The notes under the pieces: model-generated | What the model was told of the DNA's origin: nothing | The model's input: only the letters and a program-made list of their open reading frames with translations | The model's database searches: none | Program-made: the position numbers and the translations under genes | In this document: positions 19,948 to 30,202 of the stretch, one piece after another | How positions within the stretch are numbered: position 1 is the first letter of the stretch | How the letters are laid out: each line of letters begins with the position of its first letter | DNA from: Fidelibacterota bacterium | Lineage (GTDB): Bacteria; Fidelibacterota; UBA2242 | Reading direction: 5' to 3' | Assembly (NCBI GenBank): GCA_041645495.1 | Contig: JBAZPZ010000001.1 | Location: 9,730 to 73,729 of the forward strand | Length of the DNA stretch: 64,000 nt

Positions 19948-20381
19948 ATGATCTCAGCCTTTCCCCCAGACGCTTCGATTTTTGCTTTTGCAGTCTTGCT
20001 GAATGCGTTGGCGACGACGCGAACGGGTTCCGTAATCTCGCCATTTCCAAGAATCTTGACCGGTTTTGCCGATGTCTTGATATATCCTTTTTGAAGAAGG
20101 GTTTCGATGGTCACTTCCGGCAGTTGCAGACGCGCGATCACATCCAAATTGACGATCTGGACATCTTCTTTGAAAATATTGGTGAATCCGCGTTTCGGAA
20201 GCCTTCTGTAAATCGGCATCTGCCCGCCTTCGTGCCACGGACGAAATTTATTGCCGGCCCGGGAGCCTGCGCCTTTATTTCCGCGTCCGCTGGTGCCGCC
20301 GGTTCCGGAGGCGTTTCCTCTGCCCACTCTTTTTTCATTCTGTTTTGCGCCCTGCGCATATTTGAGGGAACCTAAATTCAT
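19944..20381 (-). CDS. rplO: 50S ribosomal protein L15
   Basis: 145 aa; Gly-rich L15 N-terminal region. Confidence 0.9.
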   Translation of the reverse strand: MNLGSLKYAQGAKQNEKRVGRGNASGTGGTSGRGNKGAGSRAGNKFRPWHEGGQMPIYRRLPKRGFTNIFKEDVQIVNLDVIARLQLPEVTIETLLQKGYIKTSAKPVKILGNGEITEPVRVVANAFSKTAKAKIEASGGKAEII

Positions 20382-20383
20382 AA

Positions 20384-20587
20384 CTATTCCTTGACTTCTT
20401 CAATTTTTAATAAATGTGAAATCGAATTGATCATGCCGCGAATCGCGGGATTGTCCTGCTGAACGACCGTCTGGTGCATCCGATGAAGTCCCAGTGCTTC
20501 CAGGGTCCGTTTGGTGCGCGCCCGATAATCGATTCCGCTTCTGATCTGGGTAATCTTCAACATTGTTTTTGCGCTTTCTTTTTTCAT
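20384..20587 (-). CDS. rpmD: 50S ribosomal protein L30
   Basis: The core '[10 protein letters not shown]...' is L30. Confidence 0.85.
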   Translation of the reverse strand: MKKESAKTMLKITQIRSGIDYRARTKRTLEALGLHRMHQTVVQQDNPAIRGMINSISHLLKIEEVKE

Positions 20588-21090
20588 AATCCAAATATCT
20601 CCTGAATCGTCTTCTCGCGTTTATGAGCGATGAAATAAGGATCTCTCAGCTTTTCGAGAGCGACCATCGTCGCTTTCACGACATTGTGGGTGTTGTTGCT
20701 ACCGATCGATTTGGATAAAATATCTTTGATTCCCGCCTGCTCCATGATCGCACGAATTGCGCCGCCTGCGATGATCCCTGTTCCGGGCGTTGCCGGTTTG
20801 AGGAACACTTTCGACGCACCGAATTTAGCGGTGACCATGTGAGGAATGGTGCCGTTGATAACGGGTACTTTAACGATACTTTTTTTGGCGCTTTCTTTTC
20901 CTTTCGCCACGGCGGTTGTCACTTCCAGCGCCTTTCCGAGTCCGATTCCGACATGACCTTTTCCGTCGCCAACTGCAACGATGGCATTGAATCTGAACCG
21001 GCGACCTCCTGTGACCACCTTTGAGACTCTATTGATCTTTACGACTTTTTCTTCAAGCAGCTCAAGCTGTGTAGCATCGACTGTTTTCAA
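20584..21090 (-). CDS. rpsE: 30S ribosomal protein S5
   Basis: S5 sequence. The track ORF (to 21165) overlaps rplR by 55 nt. The likely start is the TTG at 21088-21090, preceded by the RBS GGGAGGAG. Confidence 0.85.
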   Translation of the reverse strand: MKTVDATQLELLEEKVVKINRVSKVVTGGRRFRFNAIVAVGDGKGHVGIGLGKALEVTTAVAKGKESAKKSIVKVPVINGTIPHMVTAKFGASKVFLKPATPGTGIIAGGAIRAIMEQAGIKDILSKSIGSNNTHNVVKATMVALEKLRDPYFIAHKREKTIQEIFGL

Positions 21091-21109
21091 ATCTTGACTC
21101 CTCCCGAGT

Positions 21110-21484
21110 TTAGAATTCCAATCCGGCTTTTCTGGCGGCGTCGGCCAAGGCTTTGACGCGACCATGGTATTTGTATCCGCCCCGGTCGAAAACTACTTTC
21201 GTTATTTTTTTCGATATTGCCTTTTCGGCTAAATACTGTCCGACGAGCGCACTCTTATCGATCTTCTTGGTATCCTTGGCGATCTTTTCTTTGACTTCGG
21301 GCGTCAGGTCCGAAACCGAGAAAAAAGATGTGTGGTTCGTATCGTCGATCAATTGCGCATAGATGTGGGTCAGACTGCGAAACACGGCGAGCCGGGGTCT
21401 TTCCGGAGTGCCATGGACATTTTTTCTGATCCGACGTCTTCTTTTATTCCGAGCGAATTCTTTTTCTTTCTTGATATTTTCCAT
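21110..21484 (-). CDS. rplR: 50S ribosomal protein L18
   Basis: 124 aa; L18. Confidence 0.9.
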   Translation of the reverse strand: MENIKKEKEFARNKRRRRIRKNVHGTPERPRLAVFRSLTHIYAQLIDDTNHTSFFSVSDLTPEVKEKIAKDTKKIDKSALVGQYLAEKAISKKITKVVFDRGGYKYHGRVKALADAARKAGLEF

Positions 21485-21494
21485 TCCGTTACCC

Positions 21495-22037
21495 CTATTT
21501 CACTCCAACTTTCTTGCCGGCTTTTCTCCGGATATGTTCACCTTGATAACGAATACCAAAACCCTTGTACGGTTCCGGCGGGCAGATAAGGCGCAGTTTG
21601 GCGGCTACCTGTCCGACTTTTTGTTTATTGATGCCGGAAATCAGAATGTTGAGGTTTTTGGGCACCGAAAGCGTGATTTCTTCCGGAGGCGTAAACAAGA
21701 TCGGATGAGAAAGTCCGACGTTCATAAAGAGCGATTTTCCTCTTAATTCGACGGAGAAACCGATGCCTTCGATCTCCAGCAATTTCGTAAATCCGTTAGA
21801 AACGCCTTCGACCATGTTGGCGATCAGCATGCGAGTCAGGCCGTGTAAAGCCTTATGCGTCTTGCTGTCGCTGGAGCGGGTCACGACGATTTCATTTCCG
21901 GTTTTCGTTACGGTCATGTCCGTCGGGTATTGCCAATGCAGTTGTCCTTTCGGCCCCTTGACATCGACGGTGTTATTTTGAATTGAGATATCTACGCCTT
22001 TAGATATTTCAATAGGTTTTTTTCCGATTCGAGACAC
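21495..22037 (-). CDS. rplF: 50S ribosomal protein L6
   Basis: 180 aa; L6. Confidence 0.95.
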   Translation of the reverse strand: MSRIGKKPIEISKGVDISIQNNTVDVKGPKGQLHWQYPTDMTVTKTGNEIVVTRSSDSKTHKALHGLTRMLIANMVEGVSNGFTKLLEIEGIGFSVELRGKSLFMNVGLSHPILFTPPEEITLSVPKNLNILISGINKQKVGQVAAKLRLICPPEPYKGFGIRYQGEHIRRKAGKKVGVK

Positions 22038-22060
22038 TGTTTACTCCTTACTACCTATCG

Positions 22061-22459
22061 TTACCATATATAGCAAAGCACTTCGCCGCCGACGTTGTTT
22101 CTCCGGGCGACTTTATCGGTGATGACGCCCAGCGGCGTGGAGAGGATGGCTATGCCTAATCCTCCGACAACGCGGGGAACCTTCGATGACGGCACATAGA
22201 AGCGTCTGCCGGGACGGCTGATTCTCTCAAGCCCTTCGATGACCGGTTCGCCCGTCTTCTGATATTTGAGATAGATACGAATCAGTCCCTGTCTGCCGTC
22301 TTTGACCAGAATAAAGTCCTTGATATAGTTCTCATATTTTAGGACCAGAGCGATTTTCTTCTTCAAATTGGACGCGGGAATATCCACCCAGCGATGATTG
22401 GCAACCTGAGCGTTTCTGACTCGTGTTAAAAAATCTGCTATTGGATCGGTTACTGGCAT
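22061..22459 (-). CDS. rpsH: 30S ribosomal protein S8
   Basis: 132 aa; S8. Confidence 0.95.
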   Translation of the reverse strand: MPVTDPIADFLTRVRNAQVANHRWVDIPASNLKKKIALVLKYENYIKDFILVKDGRQGLIRIYLKYQKTGEPVIEGLERISRPGRRFYVPSSKVPRVVGGLGIAILSTPLGVITDKVARRNNVGGEVLCYIW

Positions 22460-22477
22460 ATTAAAAATACTCCTGTT

Positions 22478-22663
22478 TTACCAGCTGGCTTTTGTGATAC
22501 CCGGAATCTCGCCCTTGAGCGCCAATTCCCTGAAACATAAGCGGCAAAGACCAAATTTGCGATAATATCCTCTCGGACGGCCGCAGATCGAGCACCGGTT
22601 GACGCTTCTTGTTGAAAACTTCGGTTTACGTTTTGCTTTCGCAATCAAAGATTTCTTTGCCAT
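22478..22663 (-). CDS. rpsZ: 30S ribosomal protein S14 type Z (zinc-binding, 61 aa)
   Basis: '[46 protein letters not shown]' carries four Cys. The track ORF is over-extended at its 5' end. Confidence 0.9.
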   Translation of the reverse strand: MAKKSLIAKAKRKPKFSTRSVNRCSICGRPRGYYRKFGLCRLCFRELALKGEIPGITKASW

Positions 22664-22664
22664 A

Positions 22665-23264
22665 TCAATTTCTCTCCCCAGAAGTCGATGCGGCGGCACG
22701 CTTCTTGAATGGGAAACCGAAGCAGGCCAAGAGTTCGTATGCCTCGGCATCCGTCTTTGCACTTGTCGTTATCGTTATATTCATTCCACGGACCTTGTCG
22801 ACTTTATCGTAGTCGATTTCCGGGAAAATGATCTGTTCTTTCAACCCCATCGAATAATTTCCGCGCCCGTCAAACGATTTGTCGGACAATCCCGAAAAAT
22901 CGCGAACGCGCGGGATGGCGGTCGAGATCAATCTATCTAAAAATTCGTACATTCTTTCGTGTCTGAGCGTCACACAGCATCCGACGGGGTCTCCGATGCG
23001 AATCTTGAAGTTCGAGATCGCTTTCTTCGCGCGGGTCGTGACCGGTTGCTGACCTGATATCGTGCGGATGTCCTCGATGGAACTCTTTAGGCTCGCCGGG
23101 TCTTCCTTGCTCTTGCCGATACCGACGTTGATCGTAATCTTGGTGAGTTTGGGAACCTGCATGATATTTTTGTACTCGAACTTTTTAACCAATGCCGGAA
23201 CGACCTCTTTTCCGTACAATTCGAGTAATCTGGATTTATATTCTGACTTTTTCGTCACTGACAA
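22665..23264 (-). CDS. rplE: 50S ribosomal protein L5
   Basis: The 199-aa ORF is L5 with a short C-terminal extension. Confidence 0.9.
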   Translation of the reverse strand: MSVTKKSEYKSRLLELYGKEVVPALVKKFEYKNIMQVPKLTKITINVGIGKSKEDPASLKSSIEDIRTISGQQPVTTRAKKAISNFKIRIGDPVGCCVTLRHERMYEFLDRLISTAIPRVRDFSGLSDKSFDGRGNYSMGLKEQIIFPEIDYDKVDKVRGMNITITTSAKTDAEAYELLACFGFPFKKRAAASTSGERN

Positions 23265-23268
23265 CTCC

Positions 23269-23586
23269 TTATGATATGCTGTCGATTACTTCGTCTGTTT
23301 TCTTGGAATAGCGCACTTTTTTGCCGTCCTTGAGGAAGCGGTAGCCAACCTTGGTAGGTTCGTCCGTATGAACCAGGACGACCTTGGAAACGTTGATCGC
23401 CGCCTCTTTTTCGATGATTCCGCCCTGCGGATTTTTCTGGCTCTTGCGCATGTGTCTCTTGATAAAATTGACGCCTTCAATGATGACCGTATTTTTATCG
23501 CGGAAAACCTTCAGCACTTTTCCGGTCTTTCCGCGGGATTCTCCTGTCGTCACTTTTACCATATCATTTTTCCGAATACGAAACAT
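23269..23586 (-). CDS. rplX: 50S ribosomal protein L24
   Basis: 105 aa; KOW motif. Confidence 0.9.
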   Translation of the reverse strand: MFRIRKNDMVKVTTGESRGKTGKVLKVFRDKNTVIIEGVNFIKRHMRKSQKNPQGGIIEKEAAINVSKVVLVHTDEPTKVGYRFLKDGKKVRYSKKTDEVIDSIS

Positions 23587-23598
23587 TCTGATTCTCCT

Positions 23599-23967
23599 TT
23601 AAATCACTTCGGGCGCCATCGAGACGATTTTCATATAATTCTTTTCTCGCAGTTCTCTGGCGACGGGACCAAAAATGCGGGTGCCTTTTGGCTCTAAATT
23701 ATTGTCGATGAGGACGACCGCGTTGTCATCAAAGCGAATATAGGAACCGTCTTTTCGGCGAATTTCTTTCGTCGTGCGAACGACGACGGCCCGCGATTTG
23801 TCGCCTTTTTTCACCATTCCGCCGGGCGCCGCCTGCTTGACCGTTACGACAAGAACGTCGCCGACCGATCCGAATTTCCTTCCGGAACCGCCCAAAACCT
23901 GAATGCAAAGTACCTTTTTAGCACCGGTATTGTCTGCAACATTCAACCTTGTTTCTTGTTGTATCAT
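23599..23967 (-). CDS. rplN: 50S ribosomal protein L14
   Basis: 122 aa; the start '[17 protein letters not shown]' is L14. Confidence 0.95.
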   Translation of the reverse strand: MIQQETRLNVADNTGAKKVLCIQVLGGSGRKFGSVGDVLVVTVKQAAPGGMVKKGDKSRAVVVRTTKEIRRKDGSYIRFDDNAVVLIDNNLEPKGTRIFGPVARELREKNYMKIVSMAPEVI

Positions 23968-23979
23968 TGGATCTTCACC

Positions 23980-24243
23980 CTACTCTTTCTCAGCGGATTT
24001 GACGATTTCCAACAAAGTCCATCTCTTCAGTCGGCTCAGCGGACGGGATTCCACGACTTTGACGACGTCGCCGATGGTGCATTTGTTTTCCGGATCATTG
24101 GCATAGAACTTGGATGTCCGTCTGACGTATTTTCCATAGGTCGCATGTTTTACGGTTCTTTCTACGGAAATGACGATTGTCTTGTCCATTTTATTGCTCA
24201 CCACAGTACCGATGAGAACTTTTCTTTTCTCTTGTGTCGTCAT
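23980..24243 (-). CDS. rpsQ: 30S ribosomal protein S17
   Basis: 87 aa; S17. Confidence 0.9.
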   Translation of the reverse strand: MTTQEKRKVLIGTVVSNKMDKTIVISVERTVKHATYGKYVRRTSKFYANDPENKCTIGDVVKVVESRPLSRLKRWTLLEIVKSAEKE

Positions 24244-24479
24244 TTTTCACTTTCCTGCGTTTGTTTGCTCTTTTCGTCGGTTACTCGTTTGCCCAGTTCG
24301 AATTCGCGAAGAACCGTCTTGATTTGCGCGATCTCTTTCCGGACTTCCTTGATTTTCAGGGGATTCTCCAACTGCTGAAGCGCTTTTTGGAAACGAAGGT
24401 TTTCGAGAGCCGATATGTCGTCTTTCAGTTTCGTTTCCAGCTCGGCGACGGATAATTCCGATAGTTTATTTTTCTTCAC
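24240..24479 (-). CDS. rpmC: 50S ribosomal protein L29
   Basis: 79 aa; L29. Confidence 0.85.
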   Translation of the reverse strand: MKKNKLSELSVAELETKLKDDISALENLRFQKALQQLENPLKIKEVRKEIAQIKTVLREFELGKRVTDEKSKQTQESEK

Positions 24480-24480
24480 G

Positions 24481-24900
24481 TTACGCTCCTACCTCTCGTC
24501 GTGCGACAATCTTCGTCTTGATGGGCAATTTAAAAGCACCCGTCTCGAACGCCTCTTTGGCTTCCGCTTCATTGCCGACTTCTACTTCAAATAAAATTCT
24601 GCCCGGTTTGATAACGGCGACCCAAAACTCGGGTGCGCCTTTTCCTTTTCCCATACGGGTTTCTGCCGGTTTTTTAGTAACAGGTTTGTCGGGAAATATC
24701 CGAATCCACATCTTTCCGTGTTTTCTGACCTTTCTGGCGATTGCTACGCGGACGGCTTCGATCTGACGGGCGTCGATCCAACCACATTCCAGCGCTTTTA
24801 GACCGTAATGTCCGAAGCATACTTCACTGCCGCGGCTCGCGACGCCTTTCATTCTACCCCTGTGCTGTTTTCTATGTTTAGTTTTTCGAGGTGCCAGCAT
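24481..24900 (-). CDS. rplP: 50S ribosomal protein L16
   Basis: 139 aa; L16. Confidence 0.95.
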   Translation of the reverse strand: MLAPRKTKHRKQHRGRMKGVASRGSEVCFGHYGLKALECGWIDARQIEAVRVAIARKVRKHGKMWIRIFPDKPVTKKPAETRMGKGKGAPEFWVAVIKPGRILFEVEVGNEAEAKEAFETGAFKLPIKTKIVARREVGA

Positions 24901-24912
24901 TGTTCAATTCCT

Positions 24913-25548
24913 TTATTGCTTTTTCTTAAAAGTTTCTCCGTTACAAATCCAAACCTTGATGCCAATACATCCATAAGTCGTATGAGCCGTAATCGAAGCA
25001 AAATCTATGTCGGCGCGTATTGTATGCAACGGAACGCGACCTTCTCGGGCTGTTTCCCTTCGCGCGATTTCCGAGCCACCGAGTCGTCCACTACACTGAA
25101 TACGAATGCCTTCCGCGCCCATCCGCATGGTTGCCTGAATGGCTTTTTTCATCGCTCTTCTGTAAGATACTTTCTTGACGATCTGTGCGGATATATTGTT
25201 GCCGACTAACACAGCGTTCAATTCAGGTCTCTTGATCTCATTGACATTGATCTGAACGTCCGTCTTGGTAATCTTTTGGAGTTCCAGCTTCAGCAGATCG
25301 ACTTCCTCGCCCTTCTTGCCGATAACGATGCCGGGGCGAGACGTATTGATCGTGATCGTGATCTTTTTCGAAGTCCGGTGAATGTCGATACTGGCGATTC
25401 CGGCGTTCGGGATCCTTTTTAATAAATACCGGCGAAGCGTTATATCTTCCGTCAGTTTGGCTGTAAAGTTTTTCTCATCGAACCAGTTACTGCTCCAATC
25501 TTTATTAAACCCCAGACGAAAACCTATTGGATGAGTTTTTTGACCCAA
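24913..25548 (-). CDS. rpsC: 30S ribosomal protein S3
   Basis: The start 'MGQKTHPIGFRLG' is the S3 N-terminus. Confidence 0.95.
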   Translation of the reverse strand: MGQKTHPIGFRLGFNKDWSSNWFDEKNFTAKLTEDITLRRYLLKRIPNAGIASIDIHRTSKKITITINTSRPGIVIGKKGEEVDLLKLELQKITKTDVQINVNEIKRPELNAVLVGNNISAQIVKKVSYRRAMKKAIQATMRMGAEGIRIQCSGRLGGSEIARRETAREGRVPLHTIRADIDFASITAHTTYGCIGIKVWICNGETFKKKQ

Positions 25549-25559
25549 GAAACCTCCGA

Positions 25560-25934
25560 TTATTTTTTCTTTTGATTCTTGCCGACTTTGTCTTTTTTCT
25601 CGGCAATGGTTACAGAAATGTGACTACTGCGCTTGCGGATGATCGACGCGCGCCCCATCGAACCGGCGCGAAAACGCTTGACCGTTGCGCCTGCATCGAC
25701 TAATATAGTTTTCACGAATAAATCTTCCGGATTGACGCTGGCTCCGCCTTCCAGTGTCATGAGATTTGAAACGGCGGATCGAACGGTTTTTTCAACCCAT
25801 TCCGACGCTTTCTTGTTGCTAAAATGCAACTGGTTCAGCGCCGTCTCGACGTCTTTCCCGCGAACAAGGTCTGCAACCATGCGAACTTTTCGCGGAGATT
25901 GTTTGATATGTCTGCTGATGGCTTTTGCTTCCAT
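25560..25934 (-). CDS. rplV: 50S ribosomal protein L22
   Basis: 124 aa; L22. Confidence 0.9.
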   Translation of the reverse strand: MEAKAISRHIKQSPRKVRMVADLVRGKDVETALNQLHFSNKKASEWVEKTVRSAVSNLMTLEGGASVNPEDLFVKTILVDAGATVKRFRAGSMGRASIIRKRSSHISVTIAEKKDKVGKNQKKK

Positions 25935-25939
25935 ATTCG

Positions 25940-26218
25940 TTACTTCGCACCCTTCTTTTCTGCTCCGGCATGTCCGCGGAATATTCTCGTGTGCGAAAAC
26001 TCGCCGAGTTTATGTCCTACCATGTTCTCCGTGACAAACACCGGGATAAACTTATTACCGTTATGAACGGCGATGGTTTGGCCGACAAATTCGGGAGAAA
26101 TCGTCGATCTTCTGGCCCAGGTCTTGATGACCTTTTTCTTGCCCGAAGCATTCATCTGCTCAATTTTCACCAGCAATTTGGCGTCAATGTATGGTCCTTT
26201 CTTCAGCGAACGACTCAT
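25940..26218 (-). CDS. rpsS: 30S ribosomal protein S19
   Basis: 92 aa; S19. Confidence 0.95.
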   Translation of the reverse strand: MSRSLKKGPYIDAKLLVKIEQMNASGKKKVIKTWARRSTISPEFVGQTIAVHNGNKFIPVFVTENMVGHKLGEFSHTRIFRGHAGAEKKGAK

Positions 26219-26230
26219 TCGTCTCTCTCC

Positions 26231-27058
26231 CTATTTAGCCCGTCTTTTTACAATGAATTTACTGCTCGGATTCCGTTTCTTACGCGTCCGGTATCCTTTT
26301 GTCGGTTTTCCCCAAGGCGTACAGGGATGTCTGCCGCCGGAACTCTTTCCTTCACCACCACCCATCGGATGATCGATCGGGTTCATCGCGACTCCTCTGA
26401 CCTTGGGTCTGCGACCTAACCAGCGGTTTCTTCCCGCTTTGCCTAAAGAAATATTCTCGTGCGTCTTGTTTCCTACGACGCCGACCGTGGCGTAACATTC
26501 TTCGAAAATCAAGCGCATCTCGCCGGAGGGCATTTTCAGCGTAACGTACTTGCCTTCCTTCGCCATGATCTGAGCGGAGGTACCGGCGCCGCGTGCGATC
26601 TGTCCGCCTGCTTTCGGTTTCATTTCGATATTGTGAATGAATGTGCCCGCCGGAATATTTTTCAACTGAAGCGTATTGCCGACTTTGATCGGTGCTTCGG
26701 AGCCGGATAAAATGACATTGCCGACTTCCAGTCCGTCCGGCGCGATGATATACCGTTTCTCGCCGTCTTTATAGCAGACCAAAGCGATACGCGAACTGCG
26801 GTTCGGATCGTATTCGATCGTTTTCACGGTGGCTTCGATGCCGTATTTATCGCGCTTGAAATCGATGATACGATAAGCGCGTTTGACGCCGCCGCCACGC
26901 CGACGCGAGGTCACGCGTCCCCGGTTATTTCTTCCGCCTGAACTCAGTTGCACGGCCAGTAAATTTTTTTCCGGCTTGGTCGTCGTGATCTCTTCGAACG
27001 TATCGACCGTTTTAAAGCGCTGTCCAGGTGTATTCGGTTTGATCTTTTTTATACCCAT
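26231..27058 (-). CDS. rplB: 50S ribosomal protein L2
   Basis: 275 aa; L2. Confidence 0.95.
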   Translation of the reverse strand: MGIKKIKPNTPGQRFKTVDTFEEITTTKPEKNLLAVQLSSGGRNNRGRVTSRRRGGGVKRAYRIIDFKRDKYGIEATVKTIEYDPNRSSRIALVCYKDGEKRYIIAPDGLEVGNVILSGSEAPIKVGNTLQLKNIPAGTFIHNIEMKPKAGGQIARGAGTSAQIMAKEGKYVTLKMPSGEMRLIFEECYATVGVVGNKTHENISLGKAGRNRWLGRRPKVRGVAMNPIDHPMGGGEGKSSGGRHPCTPWGKPTKGYRTRKKRNPSSKFIVKRRAK

Positions 27059-27062
27059 AGCT

Positions 27063-27386
27063 TTATACCGCGGTTACTCCCTGATAAAAATCTATTTTTT
27101 CACCTTCCTTAAGCGTCACGATGGCTTTCTTCCAGTTCGCACGTCTTCCGTTCGTCCGGATGACTCTGCCGCCGCTTCTGACCGTCATCTGTTTTTGCTT
27201 GCCGCCCATTTGAATGGTCGCAACCTTCTCGACTTTCACGCCGAAACGGTCTTCGACGGCTTTCTTGACTTCGATCTTGTTCGCTTTCGGATGGATGACG
27301 AAACCATATTTCCGTTCCTTTTCCTGAAGCGCATTCATCTTCTCTGTCAGGAGCGGTTTGATGATGATAATTTCCTTGATAGACAT
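27063..27386 (-). CDS. rplW: 50S ribosomal protein L23
   Basis: 107 aa; L23. Confidence 0.9.
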   Translation of the reverse strand: MSIKEIIIIKPLLTEKMNALQEKERKYGFVIHPKANKIEVKKAVEDRFGVKVEKVATIQMGGKQKQMTVRSGGRVIRTNGRRANWKKAIVTLKEGEKIDFYQGVTAV

Positions 27387-27396
27387 CGTTGATCCC

Positions 27397-28038
27397 TTAT
27401 TTATTCGCGAGGAGACGATTGTTTAATTTCTCGAAGCCTGCCCGGTCGATTAGCAAGACTTCGCAGTCCAATAAATCATAAGTGGATGCGCGTTCGGCTT
27501 CGACCAGCAGAACGTTGTAAAAATTGCGCGCCGCCAGCGAAAGGTTCTCGGTAATTTCCGTCGCCAGCATCGTGATTCGCTTTTCGGAGATATTGAACTT
27601 GTCCAGCAATTCACGGACATTTTTGGCTTTCGGATCGCTGAAATTGAAATCCTCAACGACGATGATGCCGCCGTTCTGATATTTATAAGCGAGAGCGCTC
27701 TGTCTGGCCAGACGTTTGACCTTCTGGTTTATCTTCACTCCATAAATTTTCGGTTTCGGTCCGAACGCCCTTCCACCGCCAACCCAGACCGGGCTGGTGT
27801 TGGAACCGGCGCGTGCTGTGCCGCGGCCTTTTTGCTTCCATGGTTTTCTACCGCCGCCGCGCACTTCCGCGCGCGTCTTGGTGGAAGCGGTTCCCTGACG
27901 GCTGTTTGTCATTTCCGCTTTCACAGCCAGCCAGATCGAGTGATCGTGCGGTTCGACGGTAAAAGAAGGTTGGTCAAATACCATCTTCTCGCCGGATTCC
28001 GATCCGTCTTTCTTAAAAATGGTGAATTCTATACTCAA
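27397..28038 (-). CDS. rplD: 50S ribosomal protein L4
   Basis: 213 aa; L4. Confidence 0.9.
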   Translation of the reverse strand: MSIEFTIFKKDGSESGEKMVFDQPSFTVEPHDHSIWLAVKAEMTNSRQGTASTKTRAEVRGGGRKPWKQKGRGTARAGSNTSPVWVGGGRAFGPKPKIYGVKINQKVKRLARQSALAYKYQNGGIIVVEDFNFSDPKAKNVRELLDKFNISEKRITMLATEITENLSLAARNFYNVLLVEAERASTYDLLDCEVLLIDRAGFEKLNNRLLANK

Positions 28039-28661
28039 CGTTCCTGCCTCCGAATAGTTACGATACCGCCGGTCGCTCCGGGAATGGCACCTTTTATATA
28101 CAATAAGTTATTGGCGGCGTCTATTTTGGCAATCTTGAGATTCCGAATCGTCGATTGTGTTCCGCCCATTCTGCCCGCCATCTTGACTCCCTTGATGACG
28201 CGCGACGGATAAGCCGACGCGCCAATCGCACCCGGCGCTCTCAATCGATCGCTCTGACCGTGCGTCTTCGGACCGCCTTTAAAACCATGGCGTTTGACGG
28301 TTCCCTGAAATCCTTTTCCTTTCGAGGTGCCGGTGACCTTGACGATATCGCCTTCCTTGAAAATTTCGACGGTAATGCTCTCGCCGGCTTTCGCAGTTGT
28401 CGGACCGAAATCCCGAATTTCCGCGACATAGCGAAGCGGCTCGACCTTGACGGCTTTAAAGCGACCGAGATCGGGTTTTTTCATCAGGCGTTCGACTTTT
28501 TTCTCGAACCCCAACTGCACCGCGACATATCCATCCGTCTTCTTCGACTTGACCTGAATGACCGGACAAGGACCGGCTTGAACGACCGTGACCGGCACGA
28601 TCTCGCCCGATTCCTTGAAAATCTGGCTCATTCCCAATTTTTTACCAATAATTCCAATCAT
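28035..28661 (-). CDS. rplC: 50S ribosomal protein L3
   Basis: 208 aa; L3. Confidence 0.95.
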   Translation of the reverse strand: MIGIIGKKLGMSQIFKESGEIVPVTVVQAGPCPVIQVKSKKTDGYVAVQLGFEKKVERLMKKPDLGRFKAVKVEPLRYVAEIRDFGPTTAKAGESITVEIFKEGDIVKVTGTSKGKGFQGTVKRHGFKGGPKTHGQSDRLRAPGAIGASAYPSRVIKGVKMAGRMGGTQSTIRNLKIAKIDAANNLLYIKGAIPGATGGIVTIRRQER

Positions 28662-28674
28662 AACCGTGTTTCCG

Positions 28675-28983
28675 TTATACCTTAATCTCGATATCGACGC
28701 CCGCCGGAAGGTCTAATTTCATCAAAGCATCGACCGTTTTCGACGTGGAATTCAAAATATCAATGAGTCTTTTATGGATTTTTGTTTGAAACTGTTCTCT
28801 GGACTTTTTATCCACGTGCGGCGACCGCAAAACGGTGTAAACCGTTCTCTGCGTGGGCAGTGGAATCGGACCCGAAACAAGGGCGCCTGTCGATTTCGCC
28901 GTTGCCACGATCTTCTTGGTACTCTTGTCCAAAAGATTGTGATCGTACGCTTTCAAACTGATTCTTATTCTTTGTCCTGGCAC
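28675..28983 (-). CDS. rpsJ: 30S ribosomal protein S10
   Basis: 102 aa; S10. Confidence 0.95.
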   Translation of the reverse strand: MPGQRIRISLKAYDHNLLDKSTKKIVATAKSTGALVSGPIPLPTQRTVYTVLRSPHVDKKSREQFQTKIHKRLIDILNSTSKTVDALMKLDLPAGVDIEIKV

Positions 28984-28994
28984 AGAATGCTCCT

Positions 28995-30185
28995 TTATTC
29001 CAATATTTCGGTTACGACGCCGGCACCGACCGTCCGTCCGCCTTCTCGAATCGCAAACCGCAACTCTTTTTCCATCGCGATCTCCGTGATCAATTCTACC
29101 GTCACGTTCACATTGTCACCCGGCATCACCATCTCGATGCCTTCCGGCAAGGTCACGACGCCCGTCACGTCGGTCGTCCGAAAGTAAAACTGCGGACGAT
29201 ATCCCTTGAAAAACGGCGTGTGGCGGCCGCCTTCTTCCTTCGTCAATACATAAACTTTACCCAAGAATTTCTTGTGGGGCGTGATGCTCTTCGGCGCCGC
29301 GACTACCATGCCTCTCTGCAGCCAATCTTTTTCGATTCCGCGCAGAAGCAAACCAACATTGTCCCCCGCTTGGCCGCGATCCAACAACTTGCGGAACATT
29401 TCAACGCCCGTCACGACCGTCTTCTTGTAGCCGCCCAGACCGATAATCTCAACTTCTTCACCAACCTTGATGACGCCCCGGTCGATTCTGCCCGTGCCTA
29501 CCGTTCCGCGTCCCGTGATCGAAAAGACGTCTTCGATCGGCATCAGAAACGGCTTCTCGATGTCGCGCTTCGGTTCCGGTATGAAACTGTCAACCGCATC
29601 GATCAATTCCATGATGCACTTCGTCTTCTCCGGATCATCCGGATTGTTCAACGCTTCCAATGCGCTTCCCCGAATGATCGGCGTTGTGTCGCCCGGAAAA
29701 TTGTACTTGTTCAGCAAGTCCCTTAATTCCATCTCCACCAAATCTATCAATTCAGGATCATCTACCAGATCTATCTTGTTCAAAAATACTACCATGCTCG
29801 GTACATTCACCTGGCGTGCCAATAATACGTGCTCTCGCGTCTGGGGCATCGGGCCGTCAAATGCCGACACAACCAATATCGCGCCGTCCATCTGTGCCGC
29901 ACCCGTAATCATGTTCTTGATGTAATCCGCGTGTCCCGGACAATCCACGTGCGCATAATGCCGCTTCGGCGACTCGTATTCCACGTGCGCCGTATTGATC
30001 GTGATCCCGCGCGCTTTCTCTTCCGGCGCGTTGTCAATACTGTCAAATGTCCGTACATCCGCAAATCCTTGCTTATGCAAAACAAATGTCATCGCCGCCG
30101 TCAACGTCGTCTTCCCGTGATCCACGTGGCCGATCGTCCCTACGTTTACATGCGGTTTCGTCCGCTTAAATTGTTGCTTTGCCAT
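28995..30185 (-). CDS. tuf: Elongation factor Tu, str-operon copy (tufA position)
   Basis: The 396-aa ORF has the GTPase G1-G4 motifs and is identical in sequence to the copy at 44543..45733. Confidence 0.97.
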   Translation of the reverse strand: MAKQQFKRTKPHVNVGTIGHVDHGKTTLTAAMTFVLHKQGFADVRTFDSIDNAPEEKARGITINTAHVEYESPKRHYAHVDCPGHADYIKNMITGAAQMDGAILVVSAFDGPMPQTREHVLLARQVNVPSMVVFLNKIDLVDDPELIDLVEMELRDLLNKYNFPGDTTPIIRGSALEALNNPDDPEKTKCIMELIDAVDSFIPEPKRDIEKPFLMPIEDVFSITGRGTVGTGRIDRGVIKVGEEVEIIGLGGYKKTVVTGVEMFRKLLDRGQAGDNVGLLLRGIEKDWLQRGMVVAAPKSITPHKKFLGKVYVLTKEEGGRHTPFFKGYRPQFYFRTTDVTGVVTLPEGIEMVMPGDNVNVTVELITEIAMEKELRFAIREGGRTVGAGVVTEILE

Positions 30186-30202
30186 CGGTGCTCCTTAAGT
30201 TT
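28996..30202. repeat. 1207-bp perfect direct repeat, copy A (tuf plus 17 bp of 5' leader)
   Basis: The sequence matches 44544..45750 exactly, judged from identical ORFs in all frames and identical flanks. The flanking sequences diverge at 28995/44543 and at 30203/45751. Confidence 0.85.
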
